The notes beneath the pieces are model-generated. The model saw only the letters and a list, made by a program, of their open reading frames with translations. It searched no databases and was not told where the DNA came from. This document shows, in pieces, positions 52,196 through 64,000 of a stretch of 64,000 bases of DNA. Numbering within the stretch: the first letter of the stretch is position 1; every line of letters begins with the position of its first letter. The position numbers and the translations under genes were made by a program. Origin of the DNA: Carcharhinus longimanus (lineage: Eukaryota); assembly GCA_030264375.1 (NCBI GenBank), contig JASCQW010000072.1, positions 83,332,164-83,396,163 of the forward strand. The letters are read 5' to 3'.

Positions 52196-53389
52196 TTATC
52201 ATCAGAGATACCATGTTGCACGAGTTGAAAATATTGACATAGCAATGAACAATGATACATGTTGTCACAATGTTTTTGGCATGTTTTTCTATCAATGGAA
52301 AGCAAGGTATATGGATAGAAAGTTTGCAAGCTCTGCAAGATTTGCAATAACGTATACAGATTACATTATTTATTCAGTCAGCTTTTTTAAATATACATTC
52401 CCAGACAGATCACAGGGTAATGCCATGACCCTAAATGCCAAAAAAAAACTGCATTTGATGGCAATGTGGGCTGTCAAATTAGAGCTACAATTTTGTCATT
52501 CTATCTACAACCTGCAACTTTTGACAATGGTGCAAATAATCTAGCCTCTATCTCTATTCATCCCATAGTCAGGCTGGGAGCTTAGCTCTAAGAGCAGAAT
52601 CCATAGACAGAAACTGGAAACACTGAAACTGATTGCTTATAGGAGCAAATTTTACACTCACATTGTCTTCTTTTGGATTGTATCGTACAAAAACAAGGGA
52701 ATGATGCAGCATCCATTCCCCCCATTGTGCCTGTACTGGCCCTTTGAAATTCCTACCCAATTTATTCTGTTCTTTCTCCATCACCTTGTAAATCTTTTCA
52801 TTTTGAGTAAGAGTACGCTTCCACCACCCTCTCACATGGATCTTAACTGGCCACATAAAAATGTTTACTCATCTGCCTCCTATATGGGGCAATCGTCTTA
52901 AATCTGCATCCTCTGATTACCTATCCTCCTGCCCATTACAGTATCATTGTTCCACTAACCTGTTACTGGGATTGCCAAATCTGAACAGCAATTTATACAT
53001 GGGTCACTCTCCGTCATCTACTAATCTGCTGCAGTACAGAATATTCAACTTCTAACATTCCAGTCCCACAATGGTTGCATTTGTAGCCAGAAGTTTCTCC
53101 ATAGAATTAGACAGGAGTGCAAAACAATGCATTTTATAGTTTTGCAAAACAATTTAGGTGCTAGGACAACACCACCTGCAGGTGAGTTTCTCTTTGCTTT
53201 CTCCTATTGGGAAAGAAAAAGGAGCAGAGGAAAAATGATAAAACCCAGGCTCAATTAATATTCTGCTCCTCAGCGAGTTATGACTGGAGTCCCAGAGCCA
53301 AACAAAGCAATGGAGCTGATGAAAGCCTTTGGCGAATTAACATTTTAGAAGTGTTCCTGTGTTAAATAAATCTTCAAATCGCTACTCAC

Positions 53390-53411
53390 TTCATCTTTGG
53401 CTTTTCCTCCT
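53390..53411 (-). CDS. TNNT3: TNNT3 exon 9-like, (E)EEKPKM(K)
   Basis: 22 nt, phase 1 to 2; T-rich acceptor, gtgagt donor; equivalent to mammalian EEKPRPK. Confidence 0.88.
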
Positions 53412-54796
53412 CTGTAGTAAAACAAAACAAAACAAAAAATAAAAATGAAATTAGCCATTTCATACAAAATTAAAGACAAAGTACCACATAAATGACATCA
53501 AAATATTGTAGCTTTTTTTTCTGGAAAAAAAAGTACAATCTGCCGCATTACAGGTTAAATTTTTTTTTTCCCTGAAGGTGTTGACTCCATGTTAGGAACG
53601 GTTCTACAGGTGGTGATCATTGTTCAGTATCTCATTCAAATGTGCATTATTCCTATGTGATCATTTATCAGTGAATTGAACCAGGGCAGGACTTACTCAG
53701 TTAATGGTAGGACATTGGGGAGAGTTACAGAACAAAGAACATCGTGTAAACACCTTCTTGAAAGTGAAGTCACAGATGGACAGAGTGATGAAGAAGGCAT
53801 TCAGCATGCTTGGTTTCATTGGTCAGAACATTGAATACAGGAGTTGGTGAAAGATAGGGGGAACATACACTGAGATCACGAGCGTAGTGTTTGCCAGATG
53901 AATATCACTTTGGTTAGGAAAACAAAGGCACTTTAAGGGATTAGTTTTTGTATTTGTAAACATTAGAAATTAGATATAGTTTTAAGTGTGTTAAATTTAA
54001 TTTTTTTTGTCCAGGAGGATAAAATCCATAGTTAGATTTATGCTGGATAAAGGTGTTTATATGTATGTGGGTTTCAATTCCACTGTGATTCTATTAAGCT
54101 TCGAGAGGGCTACAGCATGAAAAATAAACAATAGTAGCTGTTGTTGCTTAACAACTGGAGCTTGTGAGGCAGAAAAGCAGTTTTAGTTGGACATTGGTTA
54201 GAGGGGGGTGACATCTCTCAACTCTGCCAGAAGAAAGATTGGACAGGATTGGAGCTGCAAAAAAGGCAGGCTTTCTAAAGAACCAGTTACCGTCTAGGTA
54301 ACCAGTGAATTGGATAGAAGGAATGTCTTAAGACAATTGAAGCTAAGAGAACAAGAGACCAAGGTATTGTTCAGAAGAATTGAAAGAAATGTAAAGTGTT
54401 CTGCGTTAAAGGGAGAATTACAGAAATGAAATTGTGGGTCCGAATCCTGCTGTGGGCGGGGCTTAGCATGCCCAAAATGATCGGAGCTCTGAACTGCGTA
54501 TGCACAGTTAGAAAAAAATTTGAAAAAGCACGCCCATGTTGCATTGCTCCCGGGCCACAGAAAGTGCATAAAACAGCCTGGGAGTGAAAAGCCGTTGCGA
54601 TGGCCCCCACAGACATCACTGGTCCCCCTTAACCACCCAACCCCCCACGATCCAGACCAATTGCAACCCCCTGCCCCCTGCTCCCCTACCAAAAATNNNN
54701 NNNNNNNNNNNNNNNNNNNNNNNNNNNNNNNNNNNNNNNNNNNNNNNNNNNNNNNNNNNNNNNNNNNNNNNNNNNNNNNNNNNNNNNNNNNNNNNN

Positions 54797-55150
54797 TATA
54801 AAATAATGAGGGGCACAGATCAGCTAGATAGTCAATATCTTTTCCCAAAGGTAGGGGAGTCTAAAAGTAGAGGGCATTGGGTTAAGGTAAGAGGGGGGAG
54901 ATACAAAAATGTCCAGAAGGGCAATTTTTTCACACAGAGGCTGTGGTGAGTGTCTGGAACAAGTTGCTAGAGATACCAGTAAAGGCAGATGCAATTTTGT
55001 CTTTTAAAAAGCATTTAGACAGTGACATGGATAAGATGGATATAGAGGGATATGGGCCAAATGCAGGCAATTGGGATTAGCTTAGGGGTTTAAAAAAAAG
55101 GGCAGCATGGACAAGTTGGGCTGAAGAGCCTGTTTCCATGCTATAAATGA
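54797..55150 (+). mobile_element. CR1 3' end; other CR1 pieces at about 28975-29170, 31500-31790, 33960-34370, 36290-36695, 42375-42690, 45820-46065 and 53670-53850
   Basis: YKIMRG.D..LFP..SRGH..FFTQR motif and CR1 3' UTR. Confidence 0.8.
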
Positions 55151-58100
55151 ACTTCTGTGACTCTATGACGCTATGAATGCTGTCAGGCTGTTCAGTCATG
55201 GAAACCATCACAGCTGAGCCTGCTCCTGTGTACACATGATCCTTGGCCACAGATATTTCAGCCAAATGTTTCTGGAATACCAGTCAGAAACCAGGAATCT
55301 AGTCAATCATTTCCCCCGCCCCCCACTCTTCTAACCATGAGGGATCCAGCACTTGGGGAACAGTTCCTCAACATGTGTTAATACCTTAAGACCAAATAGG
55401 TGAGGGGAGAAAAAAGGAACAATAAAAAGTGAAAATGATCAAAGAAGATAATAATAACAAAATAGAGCAATCTAAAAAAAAAGAACTGCTACAAATTACC
55501 TCCCATCTATCATTTTCAATAAAGTCAAAATTAACATGCCTGAGGTTCTAAGAGTTAAAGAGTCTTTGTGCTTCTGGCTTGTCTGGTACGGCCAGGTACT
55601 TTGATAATTACACAGTAAAGTAAAAGAAACTGATTTTTATTAATGATTTACAGGGAGTGAGGCACTTCACAGATCTGATCATTTTTTTCAAAGGGTGCTG
55701 TATTTTGTTAAGTTCTCAGCAGGAGAACAGTGATTCAAGGATCAACTAACTGTTAAGTTTTCAAAGAAACTAACTTTTTAAAATTAATATTAACCATAGT
55801 ACTCTTACTATCTGTTAATGCAGGGAAATGAATCTGTTCAGTTAACAATATTGGGTGGAGTAAAACCCCATGAACCATTAAATCTCTACCTTTCTGCAAG
55901 CTAATCTTTAACACAGCAATCAACTACACATGAACTCTTCCTCTTCAGAGCTTTAACTCCACAGTCCTGCCTTGTAGAAGAATTCAAACTTTCAACAATC
56001 ATCAAGTTTAAAAGATGTTATTGATTTTAGATGTTTTTCCTTATTTTAAGTAGGCATACTTTGAATAGTCTGATTTCTTGAAGTCATATTTTGTGTTTAC
56101 TTCGTCCAATTATTTAATATTTTGTATATTGTGCTGAGGATCCACCGCCCTTAGTCTCTTTTCTCTGCAGCTGACCAGTTCTTGCAGCTTGAAATAAATC
56201 TTTCTACTTCCAAGCCTCAGGCAATGTATATGGAACAACAAAGCAAAGTATTAGGCTCATTGACTTGGCCGTTATCCTGGTCATTCTGAGGGGAAGCAGG
56301 GTGTATATGGGCCAACAAATCCATGAATGTTTTCCAAAAATAGCAGCAAATTGAAAAAAAGTTGTGGAGAGATTCACAGCTTCCATCATTTTCAATGGAA
56401 TTATAATGAGGCAAGGTCAACAAAAGGCACCACTCAGGTGGTGGAGACAATTTTGCGTCAAATAAAAATGCATTGATGATTGTCCAAAAGCAATGGGTGG
56501 GGTATCTACAACTCAGTAATGCTGGCAGAATGCCAGGTCCATTTTCATGGTGGGACCTCACTGGCGTTGAGTGGGCAAGGCTCCACTTGGCAATCACGCT
56601 GCTTCTAGGCAGCTCGCTATTTAGGAAGGCAAGAAATCCCAGTGAGGTGGACATTGATCACGTACCTTCAAGGGGAGGTTTAGAAAGATCAGACGGTCAA
56701 TGAGGAGGTTGATTTCAACATCAGAAGTTAAAGCAAAGGGTTGAAGTTAAGAAGGCACTTAAGGCTCAAAACCCCACCCAGAAAATCAAATAGCAATGAG
56801 GGTCAGACCGATTTCCAGCTTTCCCTCACAACACATAATGATCCTTATAATTAACAGCAGAACTGGCTCATCACAACTTGTACTGTCCATGATTTTGAAA
56901 AGGTTGAGGAAGATACAATGGTAGCAATGACTGACATGAAAATAGCGATTTTGACTTAACTGCCTAATTTAACCCCTATTTATACACATTCAAGTGTCTT
57001 CTTCAGTCAGGATTGCTGACCATCTAAACTGATGATGTTGGTCAGCACCATCTTGACAATATAACCAACAAAATGAACATCTGAATATTAATGTTTTATT
57101 GCAGGTTGCCTTAAATATCTCTGTACAGAAAAGACTGGGGAGGGGAAGGTGGAGGTAAAGGAAATGCAATTTTATTGCTACTATTGTTTTATCAATGGGG
57201 TATGGGAACTGGACTTTCATTGAAGTACGGTAGATCATTAAAAATAAATAGAAAACATCATCTCATCTTTGAAACACACCGCCTTCAGGGGAAATAGCAA
57301 ATATTGTTTCCTGTTTGCTCACAAACACACAGGGCACTGCCCTAAACCACACTGAAATGCAACATTACTTTATTCACACATGACTTCACTGTGAGGAAAA
57401 CTGCACACAACTGTGCCCCCCAAAGGAAACAAAATGTTTGCAAAGAAGTGGCTTTCAATAGCTCAGCTTTCAATGTTCGATTTATAGCAGCAATTCGCAG
57501 TCCAGGACAGTGCTTAGTTGTGTGCTCCTGCAGGTGCCTACCTGAGCAACCAGCTTAACTCACCAAGTTGATGGTGGCTCACCCACTGGCCTGTTTATTG
57601 GCTCCTTCTTCCAGCCCTCTGCCCATCAGCATACCACTGAGTGAATGCCAGCGAATGAGGCCAACTGATCAATTGATTCACCAATGTGTGGGGTTATTTC
57701 CGAAAAAGTGGCGCCACACATATAAACACAATGCAATTGCTCTCCTCAGTGACAGATCACAGTGCCATTAAAGCCAATCAAGGTACTTATAGCCTTAGAT
57801 TGTCCCCACTTCTGATTCATTAAATGTTGCATTTCCCTTTAGAGGAAATCAGGTAACAAAATGTGATTTTAAAAAAACAGTTAAAGGGGGTGATACAAAA
57901 TCCTGCATGATTTTCAACAGTTTGAAAATTAACGCTTCCATTTTAGAATTTTGCCTGTCTTTTGAAAAAAAAGTTGTTTTGCGGGAGTGGGCAGTGTGAA
58001 GATTAAATCTGTCACACTATCCTCACCCAATTTATAACCTTTGCATCCATTTTAGCCTGACCTTTCTGCAGCAGAGAAGCTGATGCACAACTTTGAGTCA

Positions 58101-58541
58101 GGACCTCTTGTTAATACTCTCACAGTCCAGCCATGTCACCCAACTCATATTTACACCACTTTCTAATTTGGCACATTATGCTACCAATGTTATCAGCCAA
58201 AGCACACACACTATCCTCAAAGAAATTAAGTTGAATTATGAAATGAAGACACGATTATGAAATTGACAGTGTAACAGACAAAACATTAATATTTTAGCAA
58301 CCAGCACTGTGAATTAAACCAAAAATAATCAGGTCGTAGTACATGTAGTGAACACGAAATTGAAATCTGTTAGTCGAAGTACTAGCTGAATCTCGCAGCT
58401 ATATAATGTGTTATATATAGACTGCTACTGGATCACCTCAAGCCACACGTTTAGAAGAATTAACCCCAGAGAATTAGGGGGAAGGAGAAAACAGTTAGAA
58501 TTCAGTGGGGTGAATTTATGTTGGTGATAAAGCAAAAATAC

Positions 58542-58565
58542 CGTCTTCATCTTCGTTTCCATAAA
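58542..58565 (-). CDS. TNNT3: TNNT3 N-terminal micro-exon, (V)YGNEDED
   Basis: 24 nt, symmetric phase 1-1; T-rich tract then acag acceptor, gtattt donor; acidic peptide. Confidence 0.65.
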
Positions 58566-59867
58566 CTGTCCATTGCAATGAAAAAAACACAACAGAGTAA
58601 AACAAGATTAAGTCAATGTGTTCAGGATCGTTATTCGACTTAGTGAAATTTGTAGACTGACTGTGGGCTTGCACTGATTCATTCTGCGCTAAAGATTCAC
58701 TCAGGATATGGAACACCTTGCTTGCACTATTGATTGGAGGTCAGAATAGTTTGATGTGTATCAAAGCCTGATTTCAGTCAGATGTGTTTGTGCTCTGACT
58801 TCTTTCTCAGGATTAAACTGAACCAACTCTGTCAGATGGGGCCTATTTTGCAGGCTGCTTGACACTCATTTGACCATCTTGCTAACAATTAAAACCCTCT
58901 GTCGTACATCACCTGGCCCTATTCGGACAATTACTTGGAGTCCAGAATCACACGTGGAATTGTATTAAATTGAGCAGTGATTACGCTCGGTGAGAATCAA
59001 CAACGTGAGTGTAGCTAACTACACCTTGACTGCCAACATGGATTCAATCCTCTGCTTAGGTTATGGTTTTGGCATAATCAAGGCTAATTCTAACCTCATG
59101 TGTTCATTTATATGCATTACTTTATAGCTATATGTAAATAAAATTAAATGTTTCTAGATGCACATAAAATTACTCAGAATAACAGATTCATAGCATATTT
59201 CTTTCTTTAATTCTTTGCTAATGCTCTCAATTATCCATTCCCTAACCATAAATATGAAATTAGGATATGTGCCAGACACAGTTGTGTCTATGGACTATCC
59301 ATGAGCAAACTCTATCCACAAGTCTTCTATTGTGTCACAATTATTAGTTGATGACATAATATACAGAGGGTGACATATAAATGTAGAACTTTCACGGTCA
59401 GGACATACATTGTGTTTTGAAGATGATCAAGTAAATGAATTGTAGATTAAATGACACATCCTTCGATGAAACACCCAAAAAATATGGTTTAAAATGTAAA
59501 ATTACACAAAACAAAACTAAAGGCACTTCTTCCCCAACAGGTTTTATTGAGCAGGATAATCAAGATGAGCAGATATGCAATAGGCCATTAAAATGCAATC
59601 TGAATTTGAATGCCAAGATAAGGATCTAATTAAATGTGGTACCCTCCTGAGTCAAACATGCACCTTGGCAACCTCTACAAGGCCTCAGTTAAGAGGTAGC
59701 AAGCAGAATCAAGTGGTAATAGGTGGAAATTCTTTGCACAGCAATATTAGCTACACACTGGCTGGAAAGGGACAATATAACTTGTCCAAAGCATTCCCTG
59801 AAAAAGAGATTTGAAATAACTTGGAATCCCATGCATGATTTATAAAAAACAGCAAAGAGCAACATAC

Positions 59868-59885
59868 CTTCTTCATGGTGCACTT
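59868..59885 (-). CDS. TNNT3: TNNT3 N-terminal micro-exon, (E)VHHEE
   Basis: 18 nt, phase 1-1; ttctcccag/gtatgt; resembles EVHEE-type variable-region exons. Confidence 0.82.
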
Positions 59886-60681
59886 CTGGGAGAAGTCAGG
59901 TACATGCAGTGAGCAGCAAATACAAAGAAGCAAAATACATGTTAATACTAAGCGTTGAAGAGCAAAAGATGTCAATGCAGCAGACGCAGGGCTGCCCCAA
60001 GAAGAACTAACAAATCATTAAACTAAATGCAAGAGGGTTACCTTTTCAGCATAGATTACCAACTTAGTTTAGCTATTCCCAGAACAATTAATAGCCCTAT
60101 AATTACATATTGGCAATGCCTCCATCACTCATGTTATCAAAAGCTGATTAAATTTTATCTAATAGAAACAGAAACTAAGGAGTAATGAAGGAAATTATAA
60201 TATCTCACTAATAAATGGTGATGATGGGTGATACATAAGCATTGAGGATGCAAATGAACACAGAATAATTAGGAACTATGATGGATACAGAATGATTGGG
60301 ATGATTAATGCAAAATAATGGGCAAAATGAAGGATACGACATCATTGGAATTGATAATGAAGTGGAATGATTGAGGATAAGGAAATGAACATGAGGAGGT
60401 AATAAAACAAGGGAAAAACAGTAACGTGCAAATGAAAATTAGAAGAGAAAAAAAGCAAATGAGAGAAAAAGAGAATGAAGGTAAAACAGAGGACTGAAAT
60501 AAAAAAAGGATCAGAACATAACATTCGATGAAAAGGAAAGGGGGAATGAAGAAGAAAATGAAATGACAAAATATAAGGATAAAAGGAAAAACAAGAGGGA
60601 AAATAAAAATGAAGGAAACTAAAAGGACAATAAGAGGAAAAAAGAAAAAAAAGGAGCGTAAATGGATATTGCATTACATAC

Positions 60682-60699
60682 CTTCTTCAGCAATCTCTT
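60682..60699 (-). CDS. TNNT3: TNNT3 N-terminal micro-exon, (E)EIAEE
   Basis: 18 nt, phase 1-1; attttcag/gtatgt. Confidence 0.8.
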
Positions 60700-61529
60700 C
60701 TGAAAATGGTGTTAATGTACAGCAAGCAGAAAAGAAGCAATGCAGGGATTGAAAGGGACAAGACAGAAAAGCATAAAAGGAACAATATTGACTTTTATTT
60801 ATATTTGTTAGCAGTAAAAACTAGTATAAGAATAAAGAGAAATATACACAGAAGCAAAAGTCTCCTCCTTCACATACATTCACTCCAAACTTACTTAGGT
60901 AACATACACCAATTAATTGTTACAACAAAGCGCACTTCGACAGACATGAACCCAAAATAAAAACATGATAGATATCATTCAATCACCTTTATATTCCTGA
61001 ATGTCAGGAATAAAAATCTTTCACACCAACAGGGATAAACAGTCTCCATATTTGTCCTTTGTCAATGTTCAAACATTCTTCATCCATCATCATAAATATG
61101 AAGCCGGGTTACGTAGCATTCAAAGCTATGTTTAATAAACTGTCCATGAACAAATACTAAGCCACTGACAAATCTTCAGCTGTATCATAAATATTGGATG
61201 GTGGCAAAACATATAGAAGGTAACATAACATATAACATTCACACTCAAACAATTATATTAGGTTTTGATATGACCAACATCATGAATTGTAGATTTAATA
61301 ATATGTCTTTTACTCAAAACAACAAAAGATTGCTGTTTAGAATATAAACCAAACCAACAGATTTTTTTGGTTGTCACCGGTCTTATTTTTCGCATTGGAC
61401 AGTCCACTTTCAGAGTATACAATGGGAGGTGGAGACTTTATGGGTAGAAATAAGAAATAAAAAAAGATTTAAGACTTGTGAGAGTTGTGCATACGTCTCC
61501 TGGCACTAGGTGTTTATGGTGCCTTGTAT

Positions 61530-62470
61530 AAACACTGAGAATAGACAAGTGTCTAGCAATGGTAGAGTGGTTTTAATGGAGGATTGTAACTCTCATATCA
61601 ATTGGGATAGGCAGATATGTCAGAAAGGTGATGAATTTCTTGAGTGTGTTCTGCAAAGCATGCCCAAGAACCAACAAGGGAGCAAATTAGATTAAGTAAT
61701 GAGATAGGTTTAGTTAACACCCCTAAAAATGCATAAGCATTTACCTAATGTGACAGAGTTCAACATGGTGTTTGAAAGGGAATAGCTATTAAGACTCTAG
61801 ATTTTAGGTAAGGCTGACTTCAATGAAATGAGGCAGAAATGCTTCGCAACAAAAGGGGCAAATGTGTAAATGGGTTAAGTAGAAGGTTAGTGAGAGGTGT
61901 TCAGCAATGAATTTGTGATACAGAACAGTCTATACTTCTAAAAGACAAGTGTTTCTGCTTGCCAAATAAGCAGCTAGGGACAACTAAAGAGGTAAGAATC
62001 AACACAAAAATTAAAAGAAAGAGGATATAAAACACAGACCCTGGCAGCTGGGAGAGATACAAAGAACAATAAGGGACTACAAAGCCACAAAAAGGGAGGA
62101 TGAAAACAAATTAACATAAAACAACTCACAATTACAATCAGGGGGAAAAAAGGGTGCTCAGAAGCAATGTTGGCCTCTTAAAAACTGATAATGTTGACAC
62201 AATCATCAGTAATGGTAATAAGGAAATATCTGGCATGTTGAATAATTGGCTTACTTTTGCACTTAGAGAAAGAGGTCAGCATTTTAGATATCCCAAGGAA
62301 ACCCATTGAATCAGGCAAAGAATTGAAGCAACATTAGCAGAAACAAGATAACAGTAATGGATAAATGAATGGCACGAAAAAAGTGACGGTAACCAGGGCC
62401 ACATGGTTCCCATTCCAGGGTTTGAAGAAGGTAGGTGCGAATACAGTGACTGCCTTAACGATAATCCACT
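61530..62470 (+). mobile_element. Old CR1 endonuclease-region fragment inserted in the duplicated TNNT3 intron
   Basis: VVLMEDCN.HINWD..KGDEFLECV and LDFSKADF-like remnants. Confidence 0.65.
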
Positions 62471-63380
62471 CCTGTTTCTATGTTCCCATGCAACATCACA
62501 ACTCCAGTTATGACCTATGCATATCTTTTCCAAAACCCCTTCCATTTTGATTTGGACTTGGCAAAGAGATGTCAGCGCGAATTTGGGTTATATTTTGTAG
62601 GAAAATGTTTGTCCACAGTAGTAAATTCTCCTTTCCATTTTAATCCATCCAGCTGATTCACATCTTTTGAATCGCGCCAGCCCTTCTCCTCCAGATGGCC
62701 ACTCGAATTAGAGGACTTGTTCCTTCACTTTCCTTCCACATTTTGAAGAACAGGTGGTTCACATGAGCACCCTGCTCAATAAGCTATTGAGCCCAAATAA
62801 TATTCTAGATATCAGTAATGATGAGGTCTTGGGACGCAGTGAATAGTATCGCTACCTCTGAGCTAGAAGCTCAGGGTTCGAGTCCAAGCCCAGGATCTGA
62901 GAGCTATGGAAAGTGCGCTCAAAACGCGGACAAACAAGTTGAGTTTCAGCCTGTAAAATCATTTCAACGTGCCAATGGCAGGGAGTAGGAATGGAGAGAC
63001 AACTGGTCAGCCAGGATTGATGCAGAGTGGCACCTCTCAAGCTATAAGCCGCTGACAATAAATTAGTGAGTGACCTATCGCAGGAATAACTTGCTGTGGA
63101 AACAGACAAAAGTTTGCCTTTGTGCACCACGAGGTACGGGAAGAGGAAGAAAGTCACTAATGATATCCCAAATGAATCAGGCAGACATCTCAGACATGTA
63201 TGAAGGGCCCAGTTAAGATAGTATTTAGTGGGAAGGTCTTTGCACAGCTATTTTAACTGTGTTCACCAGGCAGGGCAGGATAAAACTATTCCCATTATCA
63301 GAGAGTCTGACAGTTCCAAAATATAACTGGTCTAAAATGTTTCCAGGAAAGGTGACTTGGAATAACAGACAGCGACATAC

Positions 63381-63398
63381 CTTCTTCAGCGTACGCTT
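63381..63398 (-). CDS. TNNT3: TNNT3 N-terminal micro-exon, (E)AYAEE; gene continues beyond the window
   Basis: 18 nt, phase 1-1; tttcccag/gtatgt; flanks paralogous to those of the 59868 exon. Confidence 0.8.
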
Positions 63399-64000
63399 CT
63401 GGGAAATGCCAGGTACATACAACGAGTAGCAAATACAAAGAAGCAAAATTTGTTTTAATACTGAGCATTGAAAAGCAAAAGATAAGAACATGCCAGAAAC
63501 AGAACAACATCAAAATGAACCAATAAATTAACAAAAAGCAACAAGGGTCACTTTTCAGCATCACTAACTTAACACAAAGGTTGTCTAGCCTCAGAACAAT
63601 TAGTAGCCCAATAGTTAAGTATTTATCATATCTCTCCCAATCAAAAGTTGCTCAAATTATCCCAATTAAAAATTCCTGAATTTCTATAAGTAGTAATAAT
63701 AACAAGGGAAATTTCAAGACATCACATGATGATTGGGGTAATGAGTGATATACACTTTTTGGGGATAACCATGGAAATTGAATGGGAAGGAAGAATACAT
63801 ACGAACTGAAAAGGAAAGAATAGATGCAAAAGGATTAGAGCTATGGAAGGGTGCACAATAATTGGTAATGGGGGATGTAGAATGATTAGGGATAATGAAC
63901 AAAATTATTGAGGATAACGAAGGATATTATTGGGATAATGTAGGAATCAGGATTATTGGGGATAGTGTAGGGTAGACAATTATTAGGGATAATGTAGGAT

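Noticed and set aside
51621-52295. 224-aa hydrophobic ORF on the minus strand, and the similar ORF at 60342-60674
   Set aside because: Artefact of an intronic pyrimidine-rich low-complexity tract (F/L/S-rich); no recognisable domain
53173-53184. Palindrome CACCTGCAGGTG with two E-boxes as a muscle enhancer
   Set aside because: Short, appears to lie in a decayed repeat, and no MEF2 or CArG partner site was evident
55808-55810. 3-nt candidate micro-exon (taacag ATA gtaaga) in the TNNT3 variable region
   Set aside because: Frame-preserving but indistinguishable from chance without RNA data

Overview
This is vertebrate genomic DNA, AT-rich with N gaps. The repeat landscape points to a cartilaginous fish (shark): HE1/V-SINE-like SINEs, Deu-domain SINEs, CR1, L2-like, Rex1/Babar, RTE and Penelope-like fragments. 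Two spliced genes lie on the minus strand, read manually from GT-AG boundaries and phases. (1) GATD1/PDDC1 has coding exons 1-7 at 26573 down to 10638, an uncertain terminal exon (best candidate 7604-7493) and a 31-bp GC-rich minisatellite just upstream of the ATG. (2) Fast skeletal troponin T (TNNT3) runs from beyond 64000 to its stop at 34713. It includes both mutually exclusive 41-nt C-terminal exons and at least four 18-24 nt N-terminal micro-exons, two of which sit in a visible tandem genomic duplication. A possible transmembrane-coding terminal exon of an unidentified plus-strand gene lies at 2304-2446. Nearly all ORFs in the supplied track are spurious or TE-derived. I found no clearly new biological system. 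The best leads are the micro-exon duplication, the TNNT3-GATD1 adjacency, hammerhead-like cores in Penelope-like palindromes, a TA-flanked foldback element and the promoter VNTR. Repeat boundaries are approximate and family names come from recognition, not database searches.
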